A stretch of 64,000 bases of DNA from Lytechinus pictus (GCF_037042905.1 NC_087251.1:29514001-29578000), one strand, 5' to 3'. Counted from the stretch's first letter, positions 23,938 through 38,360 are shown. Translations and numbers: made by a program. Notes: generated by a model not told the origin, from the sequence alone.

Positions 23938-26171
23938 GCATCAAGACAGCATCATGTAGATAATTTCCTAAATGAATTTGTCCAAAGTATTGTTATTGTA
24001 ATTTCTAATGTATTTCTTTGTTTTTCTGATATAAATTACAAGCTCTTTTTCAACTTAGTATTGTAATTTTGTATATGTGTATGTACGGGGGTCCTTTTTT
24101 ACATATAAAACATTTTCTTTTGTACTTTGTATGACCAAATAAAAATGTGTGTGCTTTTTTCTGATGATTTTGATTGTTTCACCAATTCCTTATGTATTCT
24201 ATTGTTTCAACAATTTGTTATACATGTATAATATGTAGCTTTTGATTTGAGAGACAATGGACATGTGATTACATTTTTTTAGAAGGAATGAGCAGCTGAG
24301 TGTAAAATATGTATGTAGAATTGTATGCAATTTATTTCAAGTATCAAGAAGGACGAAAATTAAGTTTTAATATATTCTATCAGTTGTCAATGTCTTATAT
24401 TTGTATACATACATTGTATTACTAAGGCCCTGTTTAAGCTCTCTTTTTAAAGAAAAATAAATAAATTCAAATTATTAGTCGAAGCCAAAAGAAAAGGAAA
24501 AGAGTGGTCTATTTCTTTCAAAACAAAACAAAAAACAACCAGGAAAAATATATAACAAAGCTCTAAACAACAACAAAACAGACATCAAAGCTCCAAACAA
24601 GCACTAAAAACAAGAGAAACAAAAGTGACACAAAAACTTGTACCAATCCCATCCCCATTTTCCAATTCAAAACACAACCCCCACCTGCGCCCCTAAAAAA
24701 AGAAAAGTGAATAAAAAAATAAATAGTAAAATTAATAATAAAGAAAATATAAATACATGACTTAGACCCATCTGGAAATGAAATATTCTTTCCTCTGAGT
24801 TTTCAAAAAAAAAAAATAAACAACATCTAGTTCGTGCATTTTAATAAAAAAAAATCAACATTTAAGATATTCTCCTTTCAAAAGCAAATCCAGTCTCCTA
24901 ATAATGAAATATGACCCCCCAAAAATGAAAAAATAAACAATACAATAATTTAAAAAAGAAACTTTAAAAAATATATAAAAAAAGAAACTGAAAAATTAAC
25001 AATTTTTGCATTTTAATTAAGAAGTCAACATTTATGATATTCCCCTTTCAAAAGCAAATTCAGTCTCAAAATAATGAAACATGATTGAAAAGTTTCAAAA
25101 TATATTTTTTTTCTACAAAAGAAAAAAAAGAAACACTAGATTTTGCATTTTAATTTAATAAGTCAACATTAATATTCCACTTCCAAAAGAATCCAGTTTC
25201 CAAATGATAAAACATGATTGAACAATCAAAGTAAAACATGTTGACTCTATAACCTTAGGAGGAAAGAATGTTTTTGTGACAAAATGTATATATTTAAATC
25301 AATATCAGAATAACAATCTACGGTATAATGACAGACATTTTCAGAAAAAGGCACAATATTATCAAGTAAACAATTTAGATCCAGTTCAATCCAGCATGAA
25401 CGACTCACTATCGACCGCTCCCGTCACCAAGCCCTCCGCATCGGGTACTGGTAGCTCGACTGCCGAAAGACGGACGGGAGCCCACCGCATCGGGCAGCTC
25501 GACTGCCGAGAGACCGGCTGTGACAAGGGTAGCTCGCTTCTCTTATATCTGGACAGCTCAACGATAGAATCTTTTAATTTTAATTTTTTTGTTGATTTGA
25601 ATATATTCTATAACAATTCAGATACATAATTGGATCGTAGTTCTACTTACCATTAAAAAATTTCGATCATTTGCGCATCCAAAAATTTGATGAACTTTCA
25701 AGCTCCGATATCCACACTTCACAGGCGAGTATCCACACTGAAACTTATATGTACAGAAAGAGCACATTTTCAACTGTCTGTATCAAGGCACGAGATTGCA
25801 TCAACTATGTGCGCATGCGAATGAAACCCCATTTTCGATGAGCCTCCCAGACAGAGGCGATGCCACTTGCAGCGAAACCCGCGCGAAAACCGTGCAGCCA
25901 AAACCAGCGCTCGCGATGCGCCCGTATTCGCACATACCTACATTGTAAAGAAGAAGAATCATTCTTTCATGTCATGTGTTTGGATTTATTCAAAGATTTT
26001 GTAATATAGGTTAACATTTTGATCTAAAATATGCTACAAAATAAATATTTTCACCTGACAAAAGCTGCTATTTTCACACTTTATTTTTGCTTGAGCCCAA
26101 ATGATTTTTATATCATGATAAAGCTGAATATGTTTGCTTTGAAATGATATAGGTTTCAAAATAAGAATTGG

Positions 26172-26474
26172 TTTAATCGGGTCAAGATCACACTTTTCAT
26201 TTGCCAAGTACATAAAGCAGCTTGAAAACAAGTATACTGCACTCTGATTGGTCAAAAAGACCACACAATGGCAAATTCCAACGGTTCCAGTGCCTGGGTT
26301 CGTGGGAAGGTCACACTTCCCAAGGCCCATGTGGTAATCTCCTCAAATACCCCGCGCCTGTTGTTCTGTGAACCTTATCCAGCCAATCAGAACTCTGGAT
26401 TTCATGCAAGTACAAAATTTCAGAAATCTCGTCTGGTACCTTGGTGGGAAAAGTGTGATCTTGACCCGATTAAA
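26172..26474. mobile_element. ~300-bp MITE with a perfect 27-bp inverted repeat
   Basis: TTTAATCGGGTCAAGATCACACTTTTC (26172-26198) and GAAAAGTGTGATCTTGACCCGATTAAA (26448-26474). The TSD/TIR boundary (TA, AT or TTAA) is ambiguous. Confidence 0.8.
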
Positions 26475-27211
26475 AGGTGCCGCATATCAAGAGTGGCATT
26501 ATGAGAAAGTACAGAAGTTCAGCTTTATGGTGATATAGATATCATTGAGGCTCAAAATAAAAAGTTTTGCACAATTTGCAAAAGAAAACAGAGGAAGAAA
26601 ATTCAGTTTTGAGGCACAATTTCAGGCCAGAAATTTACTTATTTAACAAAATATTGTATACAAAATAAATGACCAATATGAAAGAGTAACTTTTACTCTA
26701 TCTGATGGTGCAATAATATTTCATTTAACTTGAGGTTAAAACAGGTAAATTCTTAGAGAAAGAAAATCTCACGAATCACAAGATTTTGCAAGGAGGGGGA
26801 TTCAGCCACGAGATGATTTGGATGAATCTGGCCTTTTTGCTCATTAGCATAGGGACCTGCGGTCTGACTGCTAACTTACCGTAGTTACTGTACCTTCCTT
26901 CCTGGTTTTCTCCCTCCGCTGCTTTCGGAGATCAGCCCTATGAAGGCAATAGTATCCAAAGTTAACAATCATCCAGGGGTTAAGACAGGACAAGTCGATT
27001 ATCATCATGTGGTTTAATTGTGGCTACATCATGTAGATCTATGCACTCTAAGCACCAAGGCTATTAATTCCTGTGTTAAAAAAGTGAGTGCACGCGAATT
27101 AAATGTTGGACTTAAATTACTAGATCTTACCATGGAGCTCCATGACGAAATATGTTCTTAAATTAGACTCTAGATATTACTAAATTGAAAAAATGTATAA
27201 ATAGTACTCGC

Positions 27212-27285
27212 CTGGTCTTTTCTTGGGGTATTGAAGCCTTTTTGTCCAGAACTTGCTCAACTTTTGCGGCAAATTTTGTCGCCAT
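27212..27285 (-). CDS. Possible first coding exon of an unidentified minus-strand gene (MATKFAAKVEQVLDKKASIPQEKT...)
   Basis: ATGGCG start about 30 bp downstream of a GTCACGTGAC palindrome, ending at a possible GC donor CAG|GCGAGT. No downstream exons or homology recognised. Confidence 0.25.
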
Positions 27286-27317
27286 AGGGTTGTGCACATT
27301 CTCGTTTAATACTGGTT

Positions 27318-27327
27318 GTCACGTGAC
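27318..27327. promoter_or_regulatory. GTCACGTGAC E-box (USF/MiT-TFE CLEAR-type) palindrome
   Basis: Perfect 10-bp palindrome in a non-repeat, CpG-containing patch next to the candidate minus-strand start codon. Confidence 0.35.
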
Positions 27328-30278
27328 ACGGCAATGTCGTTAGGCTGTTTGGCCTGTATTCAAGGCGTTCTATCCGTTATGATTTTATATTGAATGAAGC
27401 TAATTCCATCAGGTATAGGCCCCTATAAAGTCAAAATCGATACAGAGGGGGGGGGGGGGGGTGGAGCCAAAAATTTCCCAGTCACATGGTATGAAAATGA
27501 TATTTTTTATGATTGTCCACGATCATTGGGGCAAACCCGTGTGTGGCAGTACGGTAACGTGATGAGTAAAAAAAAAAATAAATAAAAGAAAGAAAGAGGG
27601 CCAATGTAGGCATACACGGCGCGTGGGAATAAAGTTGCTTTATATGTTCCAAGCGAGTGAAGCAAGCGAGAAAAAAACTTTTCGTGCAAATCTAAATTTG
27701 AGATAGATATCTTAACTTACACTTTTCCTTTTCTTTTCATTAATTCCCTTCATTTCTTTTTTATCTTGGTTGTAGAACTTTTGGGGGCCCCTAGGCCTAA
27801 CCCTTTCATCGTGTACCCCCAGTGCAATATCAGCAGGTGGGTCTCGATAACTCTGGATATTTAGCAATTAGACCTATTTATAGAAAAACATAACGTTAAT
27901 GTTTTGACCCCTTCCCCCCAAAAAAAGGAAAAACAATTATAAACTAAGTTATATACATCCCCCTTTTCTCATTTCGCTTTTTATTTTCTCTATTCCCTCC
28001 TTATTTTTTTTTTGGGGGAGGGACCTTTTCGGGGGGCACTACGCGCCTACCAGATGAAGAGGCGAGCGAGCAAAACCTTTGTCACTTTTATTACAAATAT
28101 CAATTTTTGCAATAGATTTTGACATAACATTCGGAATTATTCTCGCATGCATTTTTCTTTCCTTTTGCTTTTTTATGGCCTTTTATTTCTCTTCCCTTTC
28201 TCTTTCTGTCTTTCTTTCTTTCTTTCTTTCTTTCTTTTCCTTCCTTCATTCCTTTTCTCTTATCCCGTTTTATTTTTGGTGAAATCCACTGGACCGGGGA
28301 TCAAGGGCCAGCCTGCATGCCCCCGGCGGTTTACGCCTCTGCCGTGGATGTAAGCTATATATACGCATGATCTTAATCTTCATTATGATTCAAACTATAT
28401 AGAGGCGCATCCAAGATTTTCCAAATTAAGTAGGGGGGGGGGGGCGGGGTGAATTTTCTCAAGTAAAATTTGACAACTCCCAAAAAAGGTTCTTACTAAA
28501 AAAAAAAAAAACGGTCATTATATTGTCTCGCGTAAAGTTTGACAAGTTAAAAAAAAATGGTCACTCAAAATGAAAGTCATTTTGTCCGCGTAATATTCGG
28601 CAAGCCCCCCCCCCCCCCACAAAAATAAGAAAAGGGAAAGTCATTTTGTCCATGTGATATTTGGCAACCCCCCCCCCAAAAAAAAAAAAAAAAAAAAAAG
28701 GTTTTAACTATAGCAATGATCGAAGGTCATTTTGTCTCGCGTAAAATTTGACGATTTTTTTATAAAGTTGTCACTAAAAAGAAGGTCATTTTTTCCACCA
28801 TTGATTATATTTGGCAAGCCCCCAACCCCCACCCCCATAAAAAAAAGTTTGTCCCTAAAAGTGATGTATAGAAAGTCATATTGTTAATTCGTTCCCAGTA
28901 AAATTTTGAATTTGGCAATTAAAAAAAAAGGCAAAAAAGAGAAAAGAATATGAACGAAATATCCCCATTACAAATAATGCTGTACGTGATTCTCATGAGG
29001 GGGGGGGGGGCACATAACTAGTATTAATAACATATTTAATTCCAAAATGTTTACTATAAATCTCAAAAGGAGGAACGGGCAGAAATGCTCACCCCAACCC
29101 CCCCCCCTCCCCCCCCCCCCCCGCCACTGATTCCAATCAATAATGACTTTTCTCTGCAATACTGATGCTTTGAAATCAAGATACTGAAGATTGATACGCT
29201 TAACATAAATTATGAACGTCTGACAAAAAGATAACCAACCGATCACCTGACCGATCAGCTGACCAGTAGTTGATCACTCGTCGCAGCTGTGTGGAACGCT
29301 CACCGAAAATCAACAAAAAGGGCCTGAAATGTAAGTTTAACAATAATCGATTTTAATTTAAACTATTTTTACAACTAAATAAAGGTTTGCCGTCCGAATG
29401 AAAGGTATATCGGATAACTCTAACTTGTATTAAGGTGTACATTTTCCAAAGTCTTGGGTTGGAAATCAGAACAGCATTGTCCAACCCATAATTTGGGTAA
29501 TGTCGCCTATGAGGTCCATACATGTTAATGTGTGGACCTCATTGGTACTAGGAGTGGATCTATGCAGGCTCTGAGCTTGCCCCGGGGACCTCGACACGAC
29601 GTCTTTAGACAAGCTCTGACTCTGAGCATACTATTACTATCAAGAGATTTCAAACGACACATATGAAGTTTATAGATAAAAAAATAAGGTCTTTAGAAGT
29701 AGGCAGTCAGTTTGATAGAAACTGGTGGATCAGATACAGGAGGAAGAAGCACAAATAGGGTTTGCTGAGTCATAAGAAGAGATCACATCTGGGTAGTCTT
29801 TCAGAGATTCCTTGTGTAAGGAGATAACACGTATGTTCATCACCCATAGACTATGTATCAACCCAGCGGAGTTCGCCATTAAAGGTCTTTGCACAGTTTC
29901 AACGTTAGTGTCGTGATACTTTTCAATAAAGAAAATGTGTGTCCTACCATGACAACATGTATTGTTGCTGGAATTTCCAGGGATTTAAAGTGGATATGGT
30001 GTGATCAAACTATGAAAATTTATAATCCATTATATCAATGGTCATATCATGACTTTAGTTAAGAATATCGTGCGCAAATAAAGGCAGATCAGCATAATTT
30101 CATATCATTGTCTAATACGTAATAGATCGAGTGTGGGAGACGGGGGTAAAAAATTTCAACATTTTATTATCTTTATTGTACTAAGTTCTCAATTTTTTTA
30201 ATACTTTCTTTCTATAGTATGTTATTTTGTTGTTATTTTATTGTATATTTGTGTTGAGTTTGACAACTCTCCAGTTTT

Positions 30279-31618
30279 TTGTCTCGCCTGCATAGCAGAG
30301 CGAGACTATAGGCGCCGCTTTTCCGACGGCGGCGGCGGCGTCAACATCAAATCTTAACCTAAGGTTAAGTTTTTGAAATGACATCATAACTTAGAAAGTA
30401 TATGGACCTAGTTCATGAAACTTGGACATAAGGTTAATCAAGTATTACTGAACATCCTGCCTGAGTTTCAGGTCACATGACCAAGGTCAAAGGTCATTTA
30501 GGGTCAATGAACTTAGACCATGTTGGGAAAATTATTTTCAAAATCTTAACCGAAGGTTAAGTTTTTGAAATGACATCATAACTTAAAAAGTATATGGACC
30601 TAGTTCATGAAACTTGGGCATAAGGTTAATCAAGTATTAGTGAACATCCTGCTCGAGTTTCAGGTCACGTGACCAAGGTCAAAGGTCATTTAGGGTCAAT
30701 GAACTTTGGTCAAGTTGGGGGCATTTGTTGAATTACTATCATAACTTTGAAAATTTATGGATCTAGTCCATGAAACTTGGACATAAGGTTAATCAAGTAT
30801 TAGTGAACATCCTGCCTGAGTTTCAGGTCACATGACCAAGGTCAAAGGTCATTTAGGGTCAATGAACTTTGGCCAAGTTGGGGGTATTTGTTGAATTACC
30901 ATCATAACTTTGAAAATTTATGGATTTAGTTCATGAAACTTGGACATTAGGTTAATCAAGTACCACTGAATATCCTGTGTGAGTTTCAGGTCACATGACC
31001 ATGGTCAGTGGTCATTTAAGGTCAATGAACTTTGGCCGTGTTGGGCGTATATGTTAAATTACCATCATAACTCTGAAAGTTTATGGATCTAGTTCATAAA
31101 ACTTAGACATAAGAGTAATCAAGTATCACTGAACATCCTGTACGAGTTTCAGGTCACATGACCATGGTCAAAGGTCATTAAAGGTCAATGAACTTTGGCC
31201 GTGTTGGGGGTATTTGTTGAATTACCATCCTAACTCTGAAAGTTTATGGATCTAGTTCATAAAACTTGGGATATAAGAGTAATCAAGCTTCACTGAACAT
31301 CCCCTGTGAGTTTCAGGTCACAAAACCAAGTCAAAGGTCAGTTAAGGTCAATAAACTTAGGCCATGTTGGGGTAATTGTTGAAGTGCCATCATAACTTTG
31401 AAAGTTTATGGATAGAGAATGAATGAAATGTGGACATGGGTGTAGTTGACAAGTCTTAAGTCACCGTTCAAATGTCATCTATGGTCAATGAACGTGGTAT
31501 TATATCATTATATGAATGGTGTTTTTGTGAATGATTATTTTATAGTAGTTTTCAAAGTTAGCTGCTGCTATGTTAAATTGCGTAATGCAGGCGAGACTGC
31601 CAGAGGCGTTCCACTTGT
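30279..31618 (+). mobile_element. Helentron/Helitron2-associated non-autonomous element (HINE/DINE-1-like), copy 1
   Basis: 5' T-run, then subTIR GTCTCGCCTGCA with the adjacent partial inverted repeat GCAGAGCGAGAC, a (GGC)n microsatellite, ~7 internal tandem units (first 192 bp, then ~163 bp), 3' subTIR TGCAGGCGAGAC and a short tail ending CTTGTT. No TSD. Confidence 0.85.
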
Positions 31619-31902
31619 TTTAATGTGTAAGCTAAATAAATAGTCAGTGGATCTTGGGGCTATATTGCAATTGAAATCACGCACGTCAAGTGGCGTAATT
31701 CATCTGATCGGGGGGGGGGGGGGGGTGTGAGAGCAATAATTATGTTGAGTTAAAAAAAAATGGTCCCCCCAGAGCTGTTAGTAGACGGGGATATACAAAA
31801 CGTGTGTGAAGGGATGGGGGTCAAAGCAATATATTGAGCTGAATATTCAACAATAATATTCAAGGGTAACTCATCCCCCCCCCTTCAAGAGCTATCAGTA
31901 GA

Positions 31903-33180
31903 CAGGGGCGGATCCAGCCTTTGCCAATATGGGGGGGGGGGGGAGCCGAATTTTTTTAGCCACATTTTCCCGATCGGCCACTCGAAGTTGATTTTTGTTT
32001 GTATCTTTGAAGGGGTAGTCTTTTATTATAATAGTCTAAGCTTTATTCTTATAAATCAACATAAATATATAATAATCTCATAAGCCTTATTTGATTAGTG
32101 CGAGTGCAAAGTATTTTGTCCTAAAATCTAAATATTCTGGGCAATGTTTGTGATCCTAAGACAGATGTGTATCCACCGCAACTACATAATAATTACTGTG
32201 AGCGCGAAGCGGGAACAGAAAATTTTAATATATGTTTTGATCTGATCAAAAACAGCTGCTTGCAGTTAGCCATGAAGACCTTACATTTTTCAACAATCAA
32301 ATAATGCGAGCGAAAAGCGTGGGCTGAAAATTTTGACATTTCTAGACGAAGTATGGAAATTCTAAGCACTTTTTGTAATCGTGATAATAATAAGTAAATG
32401 ACTAAACAATTGATGCGAGCGCGAAGCGCGTGCGGAAAAAAAATCGAGATTTACACCCAAAAATGGGACACTCTGATCATTTTGTGTAAATCATGAAAAT
32501 GATAATTGGAAATCTTATAATGCGATCACAAAATGTTTGATATTTGGATGATTTAAATAGTGAACAAGCTGCGTATCTGAATAAACATGCGCGACCTAGA
32601 ATCTGGGCATTCTAAATACCTTTTACATCATGAAAATCAATAAAGCGAGCGCAAAAAGCGCGAGCTTAAAGTATTTTATATTCCGATCTGAAAAAGGGAC
32701 AATTTAATCTCTGTATTTCAAGCACTTTGTAGGACAATTGTGAGGTGGATTTGGATCACAGTTTTAAAAAAGCCGATATGTTTCAATATTATTCCTTTGA
32801 GTTTTGACCTAGGACCGGGACATCCTAAGAACATTATGTCATCAAATGAAAATGATGACTGTCTTCCTATTTCTCTTCCTAAGCACGAAATAGAACTTGT
32901 CGATATTTTATTCTGAAAACAAGGACATAGTGATTACTAAATTAATATCTTATTTATTAGTCTAATAAGCCTAATGAGAGCGCGAAATCTGTTAATATTA
33001 TGGCTTGAAAAATGGACATTTAAAGCACTTTTGTAATTATGATGCACGATTTAATATATTTTCAACAATCAATGCGAGCACAAATCGTAAGCCGAATTTT
33101 TTTATAATCTGTCATGAAATGGGGATTTTAAGTAGTTTGTTATAAAATCAATATTGAGATATACATAACTCACCCGGTGT
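31903..33180 (-). mobile_element. Inverted, partial copy of the 16366-18546 element family
   Basis: Begins CAGGGGCGGATCCAGCC. Contains GCGAGCGCGAAGCGCG motifs and blocks reverse-complementary to 16950-18540 and 20450-21140. Confidence 0.75.
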
Positions 33181-36100
33181 ATTGGAAAAGAGAGGGAAAG
33201 GAGCACCCCCTTCTCCCGATCCGCTTGAGACAACATTATACCTTCAACTTTCTTCTTCGTTCTCTTTTTTATATATTTCTTGTACATACCATCTCAAGAT
33301 CTTATTTATTTTTAATAGTAATTCATATTCATATTTATAGTGTAAACAGATTTTACCTTTTATAATTACAATTCTATACGTGTTGAGGACCCCACTGAAA
33401 ATAAGCTTTCGAACTATCCTATTAAAGATTACTGACTTTTATTTTAATTTAATTTAATTTCATTTATTTATTCATTTATTTATTTATTCTTACTCATTAT
33501 TATTTTTGGGGAGGGGTCCTTTCACACCTATAATCATCAGACAATAATCGTTCCGAATCCTCCTTTATTTAGGTTATGTAAATGAAATACTAAAATATTA
33601 AATTAAGAGGAAAGGAATTAAGACAAAGTAATTTTACAGCTACAACTATGATTCATTTGCGAAAAAGGGTATTTCTTTTTTATTTTAAGACCGCTCGGGG
33701 GACATTCATAATGTAGTTTTAGTCAAAAAATAATTTGTGTCAGGAACTTGTTGGCTGCAGTAAATAAATATTGTTTTTAAAAATGGATAACCATGAGAAA
33801 CAAAATAATCATATCCATCTTTAGTCGAAGTGCCAGGAATGAGCTCTTTGGCAAGCTCTTTGGTGTAAAAACCGCTTGCGAACCAATTCTGCACATTGAA
33901 AAATAAACGCTGACTAAGCAAAAGAAAATTATAAACTGATTGATTGAAATTGCCGTTGCATACGATGACATGTTCAAATAAAATTGGAATCATGCAGTAT
34001 TTTGTTTGTTATACACAAAGAAAACTCAGACCATGACACCCGTCATGATTTTTGTATCCAATATGATTCTATAACATATATTTACATCAGGACAATTTAT
34101 ATAATATAGACACACATAATAGAAATTGTAATAGATATGCGCTATGCTAAACAGTCAATGTGAGTATATGCAATCTTGACCTAAATTTGCCTTTTGGTAA
34201 TTCAGGAAAGAAATAATAATTCTAGAAAATGAAATCATTTATGTGTTAGGTATATTCCGAACATTTTCCAAAATCGTTAAACCATTAATTTCACAGATTA
34301 AGTGTCAAAATTAAGTATTAAAGTGCGAAGTGGTCATTACAAGGGGAAAAGGTACGTGGAAAATACCACCTTACACCAGTATGGGACTAGATATCCGTCC
34401 CCGCAGACACGGCGATCAGCCCGTGTGCGCACGCTAAAATTTATCATTCTGCGGCTCGCGTGCTAGGAATGAACTTGATTTTTCTCTCAATTACGAAACT
34501 CATCGTCGAAAAGGTTATCCAACATGCAATGATATACTCTTAAAATTTGTCGTCATGTATCATTTACACACAGATTATAGAATATAACCCTTCTTTTGGC
34601 GAACTATTAGTAAGTTGTTCGAATCTAACGATTTTCTTTTAAAAATATAACAACAATTTACCTGATTTCAAATGCCTGCCATTTCTTAAAAAAAAACTAG
34701 AATCAATAAGCCACCACCGTTATCAGTTGTGAAAAATTCTAGGAAACGTACTAAGATGCTTTTGCAAATAATTAAAATTTAAGGGGATATGAAAATAAGG
34801 ATTTTGCAATGCTATATCAAATTTCTGTTATATTTTCATCAATTTTGGGATTGCATCGAAATGACTGATAATTCAAAGTCTTACCCACACTTGCTTGTAA
34901 ATTCGGTATATGTTGGTACACTGATAGTCAATGTAAATGATAAACATTCATAGCCTCACTAAAATTCAACAAATCCATTGTTTTTAGAATTTTAATGTCG
35001 CAGACATTTTGGAGAGTGAGCAAAGTGATGCTAACAAACGTCGCTAACAATATTGCTAGGCAAAAAGGCCTTTCAATGTTGCGCTCCACTGAGTTGAGGC
35101 CGTGAACATACGTGATAAGGCCATGAACATACGTGATAAGGCCATGACTTCGGGCATGAGAAGTAAGGTATGGCAGTGTATCCTATTGCCGGACACCTTT
35201 ATTTCAGTGCTTTAAAAATGACAACTTGAGGAAATACAATAAAAAAAAATTCACACTTGCTATTCCAAATATTATGAAAAACAATTATTTTTGTGCGCGA
35301 CAAATAACATCATGATTCCGGACGCGCGCCGGACGGGTAAAGATATCCTTGATTATAATGATGTAAGAACAAATTTTTGTGATTTTTTTCTTCTTATAAC
35401 ATATCATGAGTTAAATTCTAAGTATTATTTGCTTTTTTTATATCGAATCTGAGCAGATGTTGGTAATAAATTCATATTTGATAACTTATTTTATTTTGTC
35501 TTGTTAGCTAGTTCCATGGCACTTTCCAATAATAATATGCTGGCGTTTGTATCGTGACGCTCATCAAGTTCTATCGATGCGCTGCCGATCGACGGCTCTA
35601 CTCACGGTAAACCTCGCGCACGGGTACCTTGAGAACTAGCCGTCGACGATCACCCACAATACACCACACCTCATCATTCGATCGAAGGAGTGGACGAGAC
35701 CAAAATTCGGCAAATCAGGCCCATATTTCCGTTAGAAAATATATCAATTGTTAATACAAAACTATGTTATATGATATTTTAAGCATTTTCTGTCATTTTT
35801 AGAGATAATTAGGTAAAAGTGGGATTTTTCGCCTTGTTTTTGCAATCTTGTTCTATGTATTGCTCTGTGAAATTGAATTGCAGAAGTCTTACGGTACGAA
35901 TTTGTATTAGAACGCAGTAATATGCGCGTCCGGAATCATAATAGTGTCCGGTAATACAATACGTGACTATATTAGATTTGCGTCCGGAAATTTTTCAAAT
36001 GACATGAGGCTTTTTTTCATTATTCATTATTCATTATCTAGCGGGCGTGTACATTTTGCTTATTACATGACGTCATCTAGCCACTGCTGAGAGCCAATTT

Positions 36101-36906
36101 ATGAATGAAAATATAGTAAGCATGCGCATTGCAAGCCTTCCATAGCCCCACACAGTATTCCACCAAAACAAGTGTGCAATTCTCTATCAGTATCACCTCG
36201 TACCAAAATCGACCTAGAATTTCACTTTCTTATATTTTGTATGAATTTTGAAAGGTATTCTCGGAGGATCTATTTTCTCACCGATACCGCACAGGTAAGT
36301 GAATTTCGATAACTTCTTGCTTTTCGGTCAAAATCTTACGAATTAGCGTCGATATGGCATCGTGTTCGTTGGAGTTTGTAGAGTCTATCGCAACGTGTAC
36401 AAAGTCAATTGATTTCCGGGTTTCGGAGCGTCTCGTGAATATGCATGAATTGTCGAGTCTCGATAATTTTCGATCGATACTGGAGCGATCCGATCACGAA
36501 CCAAGACCATTTCCCGCGTAGACAATGTGACCGGATATCGTTATCGCTATCGATACTATCGCACGCAGTGAGAAGGAATTATTTTGGCAACCACGTAGTC
36601 ATGACGTGATCTGCACGATTGGCCAATCAGCGATCTCCGATTCGCTGAGCCGAGACAGTCTATCTGTGTTGTACAATTTGCCACAGCTAGCTAGCTGTGC
36701 GAAGATCGAAGGTGCGCTGCAGTGGTATACCGTATGCACGTAGTAAGTGCATATTTACTGCCCTGCGATGATTTGGAACTTGTAATTTCGTGATGGAGAG
36801 CAAGGAAATGATTTTTTTTTTGAAATAATTAAATTTTTTAGAAATAATGAAATTTTCATGCGGGAGGTTTTGGAGCATGCGGGCGGTGGACGCAAATCTA
36901 AAACTT

Positions 36907-37800
36907 TCATTCTCTTGGCCCAAACTCAAAGCAAATTGAGTTGGAATGGGGACATGTGGCAATAAAGTGTACTACTGTTTCGTCTGCACTATGACAGTGC
37001 TGGCAAGTTGAGTCTGCGGTCTTAGCAATCTTGTTCGGTCTAGTTTGAAGAAGGTAGGTGGAAGAAAGAAGCTGTGCTCTCACTGTCAAGGCCTTTCTTA
37101 TCAATATCAAGGAGGATGGAGGGTTTCTTGGATAGAAGTCCTTGACATAAATAGGCAGATTACCTACCCAGACTGAAAGACTGGATTTTAAAAGGATGGT
37201 TTGCTCTAAATCCTTCTTGACAATGACTTTTCTCCTCACTGCTATGTTGATGATGCGCTTCCACTTGTTGTATTTTGGTGGATCTGTAATTAGATCTACA
37301 GGTGGTGGGAGATGATATTTGGACAGAGTATCAGCAAACATCCGGATGGTTCGAGTTGATTTATCTGAGGCATGAAGGAAGATTTTAAACTCAAACCGAC
37401 AGCAATCAATAGAAAGAACTAACCCAAGGAGGAGGAGTCTGTCCAGTTCAATCTGAGCAGACACTGTAATCAAGTCTGTGAGAAGATAGACAATTTCATC
37501 ATCTGCAGTGATTGGTACTCCTATGATCCTTTTGAATCTATAGCTGAAGCTGTGTTTCGTTCAGTTTCTTTAGCATTGCCTGGGTGAACTTCAGAGTAGC
37601 ACAGCCATAGAGTATACGTGGGATGCAGTAAGATGTCCATAGGCGGGCAGTCACTAAAGGCACAAGACCCTCCGAGTATGCACCAGTTCCTATCATTTCA
37701 TAGATTGGTCTGATTTCGTACTGGTCTTGAGAATTCCTAGATGGGTGTGTGAGTCCATCTATCCTGGTTACTGGCTTTGCGAGGATTGGTGACAACAATA
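36907..37800 (-). mobile_element. Degenerate non-LTR retrotransposon ORF2 C-terminal fragment (RT thumb to C-terminal CCHC-like zinc finger; RTEX/RTE-like)
   Basis: Translations LWTSYCIPRILYGC...LKKLNETQ and RAQLLSSTYLLQ...TCQHCHSADETVVHFIATC are typical LINE ORF2 C-terminal motifs, split by frameshifts/stops. Confidence 0.8.
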
Positions 37801-38109
37801 CCGGTACCTAAAGTGATGTTCGTGCAGGCTCCACTCCACTTCACTACCGCTACACTACGCTCCACCTACCCAAACCTTGAGGTACAAAACTCACTCGGAT
37901 ACTCCGAGTGGCAAAGCCAAAGGTGGGAAAAAATGCATATTCATTGTAAAAATTATACGACGAAAAGTCTTTATTTCTATACAACCTAATCACTCCATAT
38001 CCATCCTCCGGTTAGCCTAAAAATTGGTGATTTAGAGCCAACATGGAGTTCCTCACACGTATATAATTCGCTGCCGATTTCAAACCATCGCATGGGCATG
38101 CGCGAGGGT

Positions 38110-38360
38110 CTGAGCTCCTCACGCCTTGATTTTGTTAATAGTCTTTTCTTTAATATACCTAACTCTAAAATTACCCGACTTCAAAAACTTCAGAATTCAG
38201 CAGCTCGGATTGTTTCTCTGTTAAATAAACATGATCACATCACTCTTGTTCTTAAAGACCTCCATTGGTTGCCCATAAAGGATCACATAGTTTTCAAATT
38301 TCTACTTTTGGTTTATCATATCATAAATAGATCCGCACCCGATTACAACAAGTCTATTAG
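38110..38360 (+). mobile_element. L2/CR1-group LINE ORF2 C-terminal fragment
   Basis: SRLDFVNSLFFNIPNSKITRLQKLQNSAARIV...HDHITLVLKDLHWLPIKDHIVFKFLLLVY is the classic L2 motif. An L2-like 3' tail AAGCGCCTTGAGCA...AAAAGACGCTATAT...TATTATTA lies at ~39218-39278 beyond intervening MITE fragments. Confidence 0.85.
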
